From the NCBI GenBank assembly GCA_028534125.1, contig CM052817.1, positions 98,706,001 through 98,770,000 of the forward strand: a stretch of 64,000 nucleotides of DNA, given 5' to 3'. How positions within the stretch are numbered: position 1 is the first letter of the stretch; each line of letters begins with the position of its first letter. Both the position numbers and the translations under genes were made by a program. The stretch is from Lama glama. Lineage: Eukaryota. A model generated the notes under the pieces. The model did no database searches and had not been told where the DNA came from. It saw only the letters and a list, made by a program, of their open reading frames with translations. Shown piece by piece: positions 11,775-25,269 of this stretch.

Positions 11775-13134
11775 CAGTGTTCTCAATATTTTATGTATCA
11801 TGGACCATCTTGGCAATCTAGGGACAATCTGGTCAAGCTAGAGATCCCTTCCAGAATAATGGTTTTTAATGCAAAAAAATAAAATAAACAGATTTACAAG
11901 AGAAACCAGTTACACTGAAACATGGTTGTCAAAATAATTTTGAAAAACAAATGTGTAACATAATACTATGTATTTTTAATGTATTAAATTTAATTAAAAT
12001 ATAGACAAATTGAAAATAAATTTATCTTTAAAGACTTAAATCAGTGGGAAGTCTGTTGTTGCTAGACTGAATAAGAACATTAAACTGTGGAGAGGCCTTT
12101 GAAAAAGCTATAGGCATGTGATGTTGGATAAACCACTGATGCCAATTTTTAAATTATTTGTTACAGGTGTTGAAAATGCTGATTTGTAAATGGAAATCCT
12201 TACAAATGGACTAAAGCTTTTATAGCTGCCTTACGAGGCAAAAATAGCTTCTATCAAGGAACACCTGACTTCTCCAAGGTTTTTAGAATTAAACTCCAAT
12301 TGGAGTTTTTTTTTTTTTTAACCTAAAGTTAATGAATTCCCCTTTGGCCAGTTTGTCATCATAATATACTTTATATCAAAAAGAATAATGGTCCATGGTT
12401 CAACTTTGATACCATCAAGATAAGATAACTGGTAAAACTCTCTGAAATGTTTCCAGATGTTTGCAAATTTCTCTTTTCAAAGGAATTGACAGAGAATTTT
12501 ATATCTCATCTTCCTGGGGTAAAGCATCCACTCCAGCATTGACGGTCAGCAAGGATATTCCACGATAGTCGCTTGGGCAAGAAAGTTTATAGATTTCCAG
12601 GAGTAGCCATTAAGGTGACATTAGAACTTACACACTCTGCTCAAAAGGCCTGGCTGCCTTACAGAGAGTTAAGAATACTTATTTAAACTGTCTAGTTTTG
12701 CAAAATTTTAAGAAATAAGTCCTCATATTTATCAACAATCATAGATGGCTAATCCTGAAAAGCAGCTTGAGTGCCTGGGATACCGCTATGGCACTACATG
12801 ACTTCATGTTTGGTGACGGTACAGAGTTGGCCAATAGCTGGCCAGCAACACTGCATGGCATCTACAGACGTGAAGATTATGATTTCATGTGATGTTTCTA
12901 GTTTAGAAGTAACAATAAATATGGGTGATGTTCTGCAAATCTGCAATAGCCAAATTGTGATATGAAAATATCTGCAGTTTGTCTTGCTAACCAAGTCACA
13001 GACGTACTAACACGGCTGGGGTTTGTTACCTGCATCCATAATTGAAGGGCAATTAGATATAATAAAGGCATAATTTTGTTTCTATCCAAGTTCACAGACC
13101 CTTCAAATTCTGACATCCATCCATAGAACTCTTG
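11775..13134 (-). mobile_element. hAT Charlie4-like DNA transposon with decayed transposase C-terminus
   Basis: Termini cagtgttctcaa... and ...agaactcttg with Charlie4a-like subterminal sequence. Minus-strand peptides LKREICKHLETF (about 12445-12480), LQLEFNSKNLGE (12270-12305) and HHMPIAFSKASPQFNVLIQS (about 12065-12124) resemble the Buster/ZBED5-type hAT dimerisation region. Confidence 0.8.
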
Positions 13135-14019
13135 TTCTAAAAGTAAAACTGAGATTTCAAGTTTATTTCTGAAATTCCAAAGAGAAAGTATCAAATGTAA
13201 TTCTCCAAAGCTGGTGTACTCAAAATCTCAATGTCCAAACCACTTTTGAGGAAGGGAGGTTATATTAACAATTATACAGATGTCTCCAAACAAGATCATG
13301 CTGGGCAAATGGAGATGTTTGGCCATGCTGCCCAAGGTAGAAAGGTTAAAATGTAAGAAATACATATTGCAGAAGTCAAAGTGGTTTTATTTTGACAGAG
13401 ATTCAATTCTACCCCTTTGCAAAGAATCATAGAATCTGAGAGAATTGGCAGCTCCAATCCAAATTAATAGGTTAGATTTTCTGCTTATATCTTAGCAGAT
13501 AGAATAAACCATAGCCACCAATAATATAATTTTCTTGTGTGTGAAAACGATTTAAATGAAGTTTTTTGATATGATGCAAAATTTGCCTTGGTCTAATATC
13601 CACTTTCTATTAAAAATTTATCCTAGTTTGGGAAAATTAGCTTAACATGTAAGTCTAAATTATTCAAGTATTTAAAAATATGATCTTTTTATTCGATTAC
13701 TGTATCATAATCTGTTGTAATCAGTGATGGTATGGTACTTTATGAGCTCCTTACATGAGAAAAGTAGACTGAGCATCAATGTGATTGACCACTTGCCTAC
13801 ATAACTTGGTACCTAAGGGCTTGAGTGAACAAGGTCGTTGGAGATTTCTGACCTTGATGTTTTCCCTGCAGTAGAATCCCAGTGCCCTGGAGACACAGAG
13901 GCAGGGATGCGGTAAGCCTTTGCAGTCTCTGCAATTCTTCCCAAGAGCCAAAGAAAGCTATCTTCCCAGAGAAAAACCTCAAAAGCTTAGTTAAAGTCAC
14001 AGGCTTTTGTTCATGGTGG

Positions 14020-14402
14020 TGTTACCGGGAAAAGGGAAATAAGAATCACCTCAGGTCTTAGTCATCTGAAAAAAAAAGAATTTTTGACAAGAGACAAAAA
14101 GCATGATACAAGCAAGATTTTCATTAGTGAAAATTAGTGAAAAAAATAGTGAATAGTGAAAAATTAGTACACTCCCGAGAACTGGAAGTGGGCCAGTCCA
14201 AGAGAGGAAAAATGGCACCGTTCCCTCGTTTTTTCCTGTTTTTATATCCTGGTTTCATGATTGATTGATTAATTGATTGATTGACAGCTCAGGTCCTTTG
14301 CGCTCTGGTTGATTGACAGCTCAGGTTCCTTGTGTTCTGGATTGTTCCTTTCCCCTTCCTCTCCCCCTGCCCAGTGCTCATATCTATCTAAACTACCTAA
14401 CA
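14020..14402 (-). mobile_element. ERV1-class solo LTR, probably lineage-specific
   Basis: TGTTA...TAACA termini; near-TSD gtgg/ctgg (4 bp); minus-strand TATA (ggatataaaaa) near 14240; 32-bp internal duplication. Confidence 0.8.
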
Positions 14403-14439
14403 CTGGCAGAAAATTGAGTGAAAGAGAAAGACTGGGGAG

Positions 14440-14660
14440 GAAGAGGAGAAAACACTCCTTTTTGGAGGTCTGCCACATGCCAGGTGTTTAACGTACTTCC
14501 TCATTTAATAATAAACCTGTTAAAGGTGCCATTATTCCTGCTCTATGGTTGAGGGAATTTATTATCAGAAAAGGTAATTAACTTGCAGGAGCTCACAAAC
14601 CTCAGAAGAGCCAGAGTTAAGTTTTGAACCTGATCTTCCAGTCCAGAGCATTCTCTGATC
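14440..14660 (-). mobile_element. MIR
   Basis: tgccaggtgttta...cctcatttaat...attattcctgctctatggttgaggg...aaggtaattaacttgc...tttgaacctga. Confidence 0.65.
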
Positions 14661-17600
14661 CATGCTGACACCTCAACTCAGTCTGAGATACCAAGGCCAC
14701 CGTGCTTGCTGTGACCCCTTCTTGCCTCTGAAATATTATGTCCGCCTCCTTCCGAGTCCAGGGTCTAAGGATGGCAGGGAGAGGGCAGGAAGGCCTGAGT
14801 CCCTGGAAGAGGAAATTCAGGTCCTCGGGAGGTATGGGTCCAGAAGCTGTTTACTTCTTATTCTTAGAAGAATAAGGTAGATAGTAAGGTTAAGTTGCTT
14901 CTGCTATGAATGTTGTTGGGCTCCAGAAAAGGAAGTCAAGGTTTTTCAGACCTCAAGGGAGATTTTTTCACAGCCCAATGCAATTTTCACTACGACACAG
15001 CACACTCTTCGGGCTTTGAACCAAGTCAATGATGATTTGTAATCTTCATAATAGCAATGTAGATTCATTGCAACATGTGTAGAAAACATGGCTTGAAATA
15101 TTGTTTCATCAATCTTTTTCGCTGTTGGTAGTCCATCCCATAATTTTGGGCCTGAGCTGTGTAACCAGAGCTGTTTCCGATTAGCCAGATTAGCTGCCAC
15201 TCCCCTTTGTGTTAACGTGGAACACGAAAGTCAACTTGGAGATAAGACCGATTGCCCTCCTTGAGCTTTCAACAGAAATCACAGCTAATTGGAAAAGTTT
15301 CCCTTGAGATATAAACCACAGGGAAAAAATAGGAGACAATAATGAAAAATTATCAGAATTTTAACATTTTACCGTGAAAGGCAGCTTAAATTTAACAGCA
15401 ATTGTATTTATACAGTTTATATCCATCTACTAGATTTTCTGTCAAGATAACTCCACAAATGGAAATAAGATTACAATTTTGTTTAAAAAATGAAGATGGA
15501 CACTTCATTCATTTTTTTCATTCATTCAATAATTTTTTTTGGCACCAACAATTTTTCTCACATCAACAATATACTAGGCATTGAAAATACAGACACAGTG
15601 CCTGCCCACATGGAGTTCACTAATAAGAAATACAAAACTGTTTTTAAAGTACCCAGCCTTTAATCCTCAATTCTGCGGCAGTAGAATTCTATGCAGACAA
15701 AGCCAGGTGTGCAAAAAGAAGAGATCTTAAATCAAAAGACCCAAGTTCTCACCTCAATTCTGCCACTATCTCCATGAGTATATTACTTAGAATTCTATGT
15801 TAGAAATAATAGAAACTAGCTCATGTCAGGGGAGGCAAAAAAATAGAACTTTATTATAAACATATGTAGCAGGAGTGATTATTCCTTAACACGTAAATAG
15901 TACCAGTTTCTCTCAAAACTTTCATTCGCTCTCTACTGTCTCCCAGGTTTCCAGGTTTTTGTGATGGCCAATAAAGGTAATGAGAGGAAAGAACAAGAAA
16001 CAAGGAAGCGGGGTGGGGGTGGGGGGCAGTGTGAGAACAATGAGCCATAAATCTGAGCATGTTGAACTGTCAGTGGGAGTTCTTTTTTTTTTGTCATGTA
16101 AGTAGTTTCAAAATAGGCCTGAGGAACTAGGAATCAGGTGAAAGTGGCTTTTTGAAGAATATTCTTTTGGGTTGTGAATTGTCCTCAAGAGATCCAAAAG
16201 AAGATGGGGACTCTTTTCCAATTATTTCTTTGCATGCTATTTTATGATTCTTGCAAACACTGGATCAAGTAGGAGCCCTACTTCCACCACAGTTATATTC
16301 AGTAAGTTCTTCACTTCATTTGCGAGCATTATTTTCCAATAAAAATTACAAGTGTCTTCTCTAGCCTATCCAACTTATGCGCCAAGTCCTAGCACGGATG
16401 CAAGTCTCTCAGGGACCCAGGGGGAGACATACGGCCTGAAGTCAGGACACCAGAACAATTCTCTTTCTTCCCCTCCACCCACTCCCGTCTCCCCTCCCCC
16501 TCCCCCTTCCTCCTCCTCCTGCTTAGCCATTTATGAGAGGCAGAAGACCAACCCCCAGAGCCCTCCTGGGCAAACTATTGGATTTTTTGTCACTCTTCCA
16601 AACTCTCTTGGAAGGACCTCTGATTGATCCAGTTTGAGCCAGACATCCACTCCTGATCCCAAAAACACTATGGGAAGGGTGCTCACTTCTGTGAGTCTTT
16701 GAATCTTTAGAACAAGTTTGTTGGTTTTATTCCCTCTGTGTTTATAAGCTTAGCTGTAAAAATGAAGATAATTTTAATTACCCAGCCTTAGCAAAGGATT
16801 ACTGTGACTTTTAAATGAGTAAATATAGATAAAAGTAACCTGGTAACTGTCAAGTTCTCTCTAAATGCATTATTTACATTAAAAGACTTGAAAGCAATAC
16901 GTTACTTATAATTCCGAGTAGTTCCGTACTGACGCCAATTCTGCGCCTACTCTTAAACAACCCTTTTGACTTAGAGCCGGTGTGTCTGCTTTGGTGTTCA
17001 GGCAATAGGATCACCACCCAACAGCAGTGTTGGTAACACTTTAGGGGCCACAGCCCCCTCTGTATCACTGCTGGAAACTAGGGAACCTCATCCCACAAAA
17101 CTCTCATACATTCCTAAATGCAACATCTTGTATATGATTTCAGGGGCTTCACAAACCCAGTAAAGCCCCCATCTCCACCTCAGGATCCAGAGAGCACCCT
17201 CAGAGGTGTGGTAACCTGCACCTCTTCTCTCCATGCTAACACGAAAGGGAACGTCACTTTCAATAGATTTCACTGTCACAATTGAGTAAGAGCAGAAAAT
17301 CAGGGGCAGAGGCCAAAAAAAAAAAAAAAAAAGAAAAAAGAAAAAAACTACGTCCTATTAAAAGGTTACAAATTCCATTTTTAATCTCTCCAAAGACCAT
17401 TTCCTTTTCAATCTATCAAACAGTAAGTGTTCCCTCTTGTGTCATTAAGAAGTGGGAATTAATGTATTTCTGTCTTGTTTATTTCCTTTGGTAGAAACTT
17501 AATTCATGGGGATAACGCTATCCAATATGATGACTCACCAAGCTCTACTATGACAATAAAACTCTGCAAATAAATCTTATATAATATTTTTAATCAGAGC

Positions 17601-18769
17601 TGTATATGCAAAATCAGATGTCAGCATGTCCCCTCAATTTGCATTTAAATGTGACTAATTTCTAGTCAGTTTTAGTCTCAGTATGTTTGGACAGTATTCT
17701 AATTAAACTAGAAACTTGATTATTTATTCTCCTAATTGTTTGATCCATGAATGAGATAAGTGGATAAATCTGATGAGCATAAACCTGCAATCAAGATAAT
17801 TTGGGCCAAATCCACTTTTTATAAACAGATCTTCAGCTTGACGTATGTGGACATTGTCACATCAACCAATAGAGAGCTGAAGCTATTTCAATAGCTAAGG
17901 ATAAACTGTCAAGTCATATTTGCTGTTGATTATCACATGCCATCTAACACACTAAATCATACAGACATTTACGTAAATCATGGAGAACTCTAGCTAGCAT
18001 CCAGTCTCCCAATTAGTGTATCAGTTAGGATGATTCTTGAAGCGAATTAACCTGGATATGGCTTTGGAGCTCCTTGAGTGCCCTATGGCACTTATTTGCT
18101 CAATTGTACCCAAGTTTGCCTTCATTAAACCTGAATTAAAACCCTGGTTACGGCTTTCACTGGCTGCATGTCCTTTAGCGAATTACTTGGCTTCTCTGCA
18201 TCTAAATTTTCTTAGCCATGGAGTGGGTATGACTTGAAGGGTTGTTTGTAAAGACCAGGAAATGTGTGTATCCACACAATGCCAAACACATAGTAAGTAC
18301 TAAATAAATGGAAAATTGTTAATGCTAGAAAGTTTACAGAATTTTTATGAGTTTGCCAATTGTCCTCCCAGTTTGTAGACATTATCCTGCACTCAGAGGA
18401 CACGCAGATGTATGGTCTAGTCTTATACAATTAAAAAATTAATATCCAAACAAAAAGCAGGTGAGCATAATGCTGAAAGAGGTTGTTTTTATTTGATATT
18501 TACATTTTCCTAGCTTATCTTAGCAATAGCTCTTATGACTCAAAAACTGATTTTACCATTCAAATGTATCTTCTTTGATTTTTCTGCATATTTTGGTAAC
18601 TTACTACAGTTTTAGATACTTTATCTTTCTGTACATAATCCGAATAGTCTTAAAAATCCATATTGAAATTACCATGGTGTACTGCCTGCAAACTTGTTAA
18701 ATAAATACAAAATATTATTTTTTATATTATTTGAGAAACTAAACCTAGTAGATATTTGCTGGCATTTTT

Positions 18770-19228
18770 AACTATTACTTTTGTCCACCTGGCATCTGGA
18801 TCTCCCTGTGGTGTTTTGGAGGCATTTCTCCCTCTAGAAGTCTAGAAAAGCCAGCTCATTTATTTCCTGGCCTCCCCTGCAGCTAGGAGATGGGCAGACA
18901 AGGTAGGTCAACTGGTTATCCCATCACAGATACTGAATACGGCACTTATGACGCATAGAGTGGGGGAGGGTGGCGGAGGGTCTATCTAACAACAGCGGCT
19001 GGGTGAAAGGGACATCCAGAGCTCGTCAGTAATGGCAGTGGTGTCCCTGACAGACCCTTTCGGTGACGTGACTGTATCTGTGGTCCTGTGGGCTGCCTCC
19101 CTCATTCTGCCTCTGATTCCAGCCATTCACAGTTCACCCAGGCACCGGTTGCCTTCAGTCATTTTCTTTTCTGCTTAAACCAGCCCGTCTGCCTCTATTG
19201 CTTGGACACAAGAACCCTGACTGATACA
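18770..19228 (+). mobile_element. ERVL LTR (LTR33/LTR16 group)
   Basis: ttcctggcctcccctgcagctagg motif and 3' end ttttctgcttaaaccagcc...aagaaccctgactgataca. Confidence 0.7.
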
Positions 19229-19419
19229 CTCAATCTAAATCCAGAAGTGAAAACTTGAACGGCATTTTACAACAGGTATCTTGAATAACTGTGGCGTTTT
19301 CTCCAAAGACTAGATCAGAGTGCCTAATTCCTACTCAGTGCAACATTCAACTTAAAAACAAGCAAACAAAACCTCTGTTACCTCAAGCCTATCTCTAACC
19401 CACCACCCATTTCTCTATT

Positions 19420-20065
19420 TTGATTCTGTATTAATTAGGAATAGATTTGGTTAACATACGAGTGTGAAAGACAATGATCAGGCATAGCATATGGCAGGCG
19501 CAGCCACATCCTTTACGGCTGAGACAGAGACACAAAGAAGGAACAGGTGTGGAGGACACCCCTACCTGCCCAGGACTGAAATGCAGACCTCCTTACAGGA
19601 GGTTTTGTTAGGTAGTTAGATAAGTGGGGGCACCGGGCAGATAAGGTAGAGGAGAGGGTGGAGGGTCTGGAAGGTGGTGGTATACCCACCTCCAGCATAA
19701 AGGGGCTTTACTTCCTGTAAATGAGTGCCAGCAAGAAACCAGTCAGATCCCGACAGCCTTGACTGCACAATAGTGACAAGGACCTAAGCAGACATGACCC
19801 GATGCTCACTGTAATATAATCAGCATTGCAGTGCAAGCCCTCCTCCATGGGCTTTTCTGTGTGCATCATGGGTAAGGCCATGCATGCCAGGGGACGAGCA
19901 TGACTGAGCACTCCAGGCGCAAGAGCCACCCACCAATCAAGAGACCACCTCCACGTGAGGGTGTAAGAGAAGGGGAGACACAGACCCCTGCTCTTCTCCC
20001 TTGGATCAGCCTGCCTCCCGTTCTTGGAGGAACTTTTGCTCTGCTATACCTCAATAAAAAAAATT
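19420..20065 (+). mobile_element. ERV fragment: internal piece, then LTR U3-R ending in AATAAA and an A-rich tail
   Basis: LTR start tgttaggtagttagata at 19606 matches the start of the LTR at 14020-14402; CCAAT at 19933; AATAAA 20053-20058 runs into As. Left boundary uncertain. Confidence 0.6.
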
Positions 20066-20074
20066 TTTAAAGTC

Positions 20075-20515
20075 ATTTCTATTCATGCTCCCCACACTCT
20101 CCTCCCCTCAGTATCCTACCACCTCCATCCCCTTAAAACTGTTCTTGTCAAAGTCACTAACTCCCAAACTGCCACAGCTAATGAAATGTTTCCATCTTTA
20201 CATATTTTTTTTAACTTCTGAACAGCATGTGGCACCATTTACCACTTTCTCCTCTTGGCTTCCACCACCCACTAAATCCTCCTGGTCTCCCTGCTCCCTC
20301 AGTGACTAGATCTTCTCAATCTTCTTGGCTATTCCTCCTCCTCTGCCCTCTTCTTTGACAACATGCTCCCTCCAAGGCAACGCAGTCAGTACCCACCTTT
20401 AAATATTGTCTCTATTCTGATAGCTCTTAAAATTATACCCCAGCCCCGACCTCTCCTCTGAGTTCCATGCCGACTCCCCATCAACACTTTGCATCTTAAA
20501 TGTGGCATGTCTTTC
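20075..20515 (+). mobile_element. L2 fragment
   Basis: aaactgttcttgtcaaagtcactaa...aacagcatgtggcacca...ccccgacctctcctctgagttcca. Confidence 0.7.
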
Positions 20516-20589
20516 TAGGTAATTTGTTGTTTTCGATGCAATGGAAATGTTTGTGCCAGTTATAAAATTCTGGGTTTGGTTTTGGTTTT

Positions 20590-21110
20590 TGTTTTAATAG
20601 GCTTTACTTTTTTAGAGCAGTTTCAGGTTTATAGCAGAATCAAGCAGAAAATACTGAGTTCCCATATAGCCCTCCCCACCCACACACATATATACTCCCC
20701 TACCCTCAACATCCCTCATCAGTGTGGCATATTTGGTACAATTGATGAACCAACATGGACACATTATTATCAACCAAAGTCCACAGTTTACATTAGGGTT
20801 CACTCTTGATGTTGTACATTCTATGGGTTTTGACAAATGCATAATGACATGTAGCCACAACTATAGTATCATACAGAATAATTTCATCTCCTTAAAAATC
20901 CCTTGTGCTCCATTTATTCATCCCTCCCTCCCTCCCTCTCCCCAAACCCCTGGAAACCACGATCTTTTTATTGTTTCTGTAGCTGTGCCTTTTCCGGAAT
21001 GTCATTTGGTTGGAATCGTACAGTTTGTAGCCTTTTCAGACTGGCTTCTTTCATTTAGTAATATGTCTTTTAAGTTTCTTCCATGTCTTTCATGGCTTGA
21101 TAGCTCATTT
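20590..21110 (-). mobile_element. L1MC1-like 3' end
   Basis: tttagagcagtttcaggttt...acaattgatgaaccaaca...tacattagggttcactcttg...ttttcagactggcttctttca. Confidence 0.85.
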
Positions 21111-21272
21111 GGACAGATGTAGCCATTTAGCATATGTAGGTCATGTGACAATGCCTATGGTGAAACTGGTATTGACCCCCACTGCTGCAAGTATGTAAAA
21201 GGTCTTCTTCACACCCCCCCCAAATATTAGTGTGTTGTCTCTTTCCCCAGAACGAATAAAAACACGTCAGCA

Positions 21273-21440
21273 GTGGGAAGGGTATGGCTCAGTGGTAGAG
21301 AGTAAGCTTAGCATACACAAGGTCCTGGGTTCCATCCCCAGCACCTCCCCTAAAACATAAATAAATAAGTAAACCTAATTACCTCCCCCCCAAATAAAAT
21401 TAAAATGAATTAAAAATTAGAATTAAAAAAAGAAAAATCC
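21273..21440 (+). mobile_element. Camelid tRNA-derived SINE (Vic-1 type)
   Basis: gggaagggtatggctcagtggtagag (A box)...gtcctgggttccatccccagcacctcc (B box), then aaataaataagtaaacctaattacctcccccc and an A-rich tail. Confidence 0.85.
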
Positions 21441-21929
21441 TTAAAAAAATATTAGCACTGTTCACTGTTATTGCTGAGGGTAAGTTTGATGTCAATGATC
21501 AATGTATTCCTACAATGTTACTGGATTATAAATTTTCCCTCTGAACAATGGGGCCATGGAAACATTTTTGTACATGGAAACACAAACTAAATAAAATGTG
21601 GATCTTTCTAACTTATTATAATGGCAAAAGTCATAAAAATATGTTTATCCATAGCCTCACTCCTAAAAGTGTTTTCAGATAAATATTTCTACAGAGAAAA
21701 AAATGAAAATGTACAAATATATTTGACATAGATCATAATTTAAAATCACGAATCAACTAAATTTCTAACAAAAGAGATACGTTTAAATAAATTTCTGGCA
21801 TGTCAATGGGCTATTAAATTTAATCATGGAAAAATGAATTAAAACTAAATGGGAAAAGCAGAACATAAATTGTATTTTCACTAAAACTATATGCACACAC
21901 TGTGTATGTACACATGTGGATGGATATAT

Positions 21930-22440
21930 AGTGTGTGCTGGAGCTGACCTGTGTTGTAGGTTTATAAGAGCCAGTTGCTACATTTTCAGGGATTTTGCAA
22001 GCCGGTTGTTAAACATAGTCATTATGAAAAATTAAACAACTATCTGTATAGCGGGAATACTATGTGCTGGTCAACACCACATATGTCTTATTTGGTGCCT
22101 CACAGATGGTTTGAAATTTGCCACCATGGGAGTATTTACACCAAGGAAATCAGCAAATGCTATAAGTCAGGGTTGATTGTTTTTGTTTTGTTGATTGTCT
22201 AGACTTAAGAAAGTGGTAGAGAATATGGTAATAATGCAATGAAACTTAAAGTGTGTCCTCTCTGTTGTCCTTACACGGTGAGTGGCGTTAAAAACTGAGG
22301 GAGTATTTTTCCAGTATTTGAAAAGATAGCCAAAAAAGACGCTCCTGTTATGGACAAATGAGTGAAGATCTTATAATACATTTTCATTTTCTCTCTTTTG
22401 TCTTAAGCATTAATGTAAATGAAAATATTAATGTTAGACC
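21930..22440. mobile_element. MER63 / hAT-Blackjack fragment
   Basis: gtgtgctggagctg...gagccagttg...ttttcagggattttgcaagccggttgttaaaca and gggagtatttacaccaaggaaatcagcaaatgcta. Confidence 0.7.
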
Positions 22441-22729
22441 CACACTTAGAGCACCAGTTGATCAACATTTAACAGCACAGTATTTTGTGTGCCTGCAAAA
22501 ACAGAGTTCGTGACTGTAAGAAAGCAACTCATAAACTAAAATTATGGATGAAATACTAATTTTAAATATTTCCATTTGTAATGATTTAAATATAAAATAA
22601 TAATTGTTTAAAAAGTGAAAAAATATAAAAACAAACCTCTCCAGGAAATTTGATACTTTTCAGAAGAGGTAACCTTATAGCACACCAACAATGAATTATT
22701 TCTCTCTTGACTTTTCTTTCTTTTCCTTC

Positions 22730-23190
22730 CATGAGTATTGAGCCCCTGCTATGGATCAGGCGCTGTTTTTATCACCCTGATGTTATGAAGCGTATACAAT
22801 CTTGTGGGGAGTCAGAAATGAAACAATTATGCAAATATATATTGAAATGTCCATTTTGTTGCCTATGAAAAACAAAAGACCAGGAAACCTAGACTAGGAG
22901 GACAGGGCGGGCATCCTTTAGGAAGTGACTTTTAAGCTGATGTTAGATGTAAGAGTAGGAGTTCGTTCAACAAAGAGGGTGGAAAAGAGCATCCCAAGCA
23001 GAGGGAACAGCATCAGCAAAGGCCCCGGGGGAGGACAGAGCTTACTCTAAGGACAGGTCAGTGCAACGTGGAGTGGTCGAAGCTTCCAGGGCTGGTCTGA
23101 GTGCCCAGGCTGGAGCCAAACTGTCCAGGGCTTTACAGAGTGCAGTAAACAGCTCTGACTGTTCTAAGATTAATGAAAAGCCATCACTGA
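22730..23190 (-). mobile_element. L2 fragment
   Basis: agtattgagcccctgctatgg...ggaagtgacttttaagctga...agcatcccaagcagagggaacagcatcagcaaaggccc. Confidence 0.75.
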
Positions 23191-25269
23191 ATCTTCAAAT
23201 TGCTCACAGAATGAATGCAAGGAAATTTAAGAATCAAGGGAGCCCGAATGGATTCCAAGTTAGAATTATTTGTAACATAGAAAGTGATACAATCAAATCC
23301 TTTTTTCTTCAGCTTTACATTATACTTCGTGATAATAAGTATAAAACAGGGGAAGATCAAAAGGCCTTGGTCCTCTCAGATCTGTAATCAGGGGACTAAT
23401 GTCATTAAATTGCTTTAATTTGGCCTCCCTACATTTAGCTTAGATTGGAATCCGGTCTCTGGAGATTCAGACGTAATTATCTCTGATATATAAGTCACCC
23501 AACCCACAGAGTCCTCTCCCCTCCAAGACTCCAGCAGACTCTCAGGGACTTCAGTTTGCCTGGTCGCTGCAGCGCATGAAGTTATTCCAGAGACATCTTG
23601 CACTTTCCCTACTCAATCCTAGAACCAGCCTTACCTACTTCCTTCCTTCCTCCTATCCTCTCCCCGAGTCCCCACTTCCCCCTCCTCTTCCTCTTCTTTT
23701 CCTGCTTGTTTTCCCCCCTCCCCCATCGCCTTGCCCTCACTCTCACTCTTACCCTCCTAAAAGCCATTCTGATAAAATTTCATTCTGATACCTCCAATTC
23801 CAACCCAGCATTTCAGGATCTGTTCTTGTTTCTCCCTTCCCTATTTGTAACTCCGTTTTCTCACAATGAAAAACTTGACTCCTGTTATCCTCAATAGATT
23901 GACTTGTTTGCTCATGCCAAGAACACACAGACAATTGTTTCAGAATTGTTAAACCATGCCCCTGAGAAAACGCATCATCTGTTAAATTAAGACACTGCAG
24001 TTCAGAACGCGTCAATGATTTTGCTACAGAGACGAGGAAACAGCACAGCCAAGATGTTACTTCTATTCTTCCGAGTCCTTTTTCTGTGTCTTCCCCAACA
24101 TTTTGGTTCTTTTTCAAGACAGGAAACCAAATGATGACTCTAAATATTTTATCTCTACTTGTAATCAATCAACCCTACACCTTGCAACAGGACTCAAGGT
24201 GTCAGAAACCTTTGGGAGTGTGGCTGTGGCGTTTCGACTAGAGTTTTTTGAGCAAATGCTACACTTTTCATGAGGAGAACATTAAACTACACAAGCAATC
24301 TTTAAACTAACTTATGACTTTTCTTGCATATTTTTGGATGAATTAATCCATGAGATTAGTGAGTGAATTCTAATTAGATGGAAATAGATTACTGTGAGCT
24401 TATTTTTCTCTCCGCCCTGCACCCACCCACACCCCAGAGAAGTAAGCTGAGCAGTAAGGTAGAAACGAGCCCACTTCTTTGAACGGGTGGACTATTTCTT
24501 TGCTCTAGAATCACCGGGTTAAGACTCTAACACTTAAGATCATGCATGAAAATTTTTATATAATCTGAGGTTGCAATCACGTTGTGTTCTCAGTTTGCAC
24601 ACTCAAGTCGCCTTTGTGAGGCTCCCAGAAAGAACACCAATGGCAGAGACCATGTGTCACTAGGCAGGTTTAGGTCTCAGAGTATAAATAGACTAACTGA
24701 AAATAGAAGCACTTTTTTTTTTCCCTTGAGCAAGAATACCTAGGTAAGAAGCATTGTAATTAGAATGTATACAGTAATTACAGATGTAGTGAAAGAGCAC
24801 GGGTGTTACACTCCTCAAAATCTATTATTTCACGGTCTTTGAAGCAACCGTTACGATACTGTGGTGGTGGAGCTGTAATTAGAAGACATGTCATACCAAC
24901 ACATTTTTGCAAAACAAAGTGAAAATGTTTACCTTTTTCTTCTCAAGGGGAAGGAATAAGGCTTTACCCACAGCATTAAAAAGTTAAGAAGTGTTAGGAA
25001 TAAAGAGGAAAGGCAACTCTCTTTCCTTCTGTGGGCCCCTGGACTACAGTTCTGCTGACTCTCCCTTCCCGGGACAGCCTGAAGCCACCAGGAAAAAGAT
25101 GCAGTGGACTATGAGGTCAGCAGGAGGAGTTAATGAGCTGCCACTGATAACTACTCACAAAAAAAAAAAAAGCCACTGTCCTTGAGGCCTTCTTTGTAAA
25201 AAGGATTTTTAAGCGGATTCTCAAGTGATACAGCTTTTACCCAAAAAGAGCTATGGGGAAAAAATACAG

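Noticed and set aside
21273..21350. tRNA-like sequence
   Set aside because: It is a SINE head with a degraded cloverleaf and SINE tail, not a tRNA gene.
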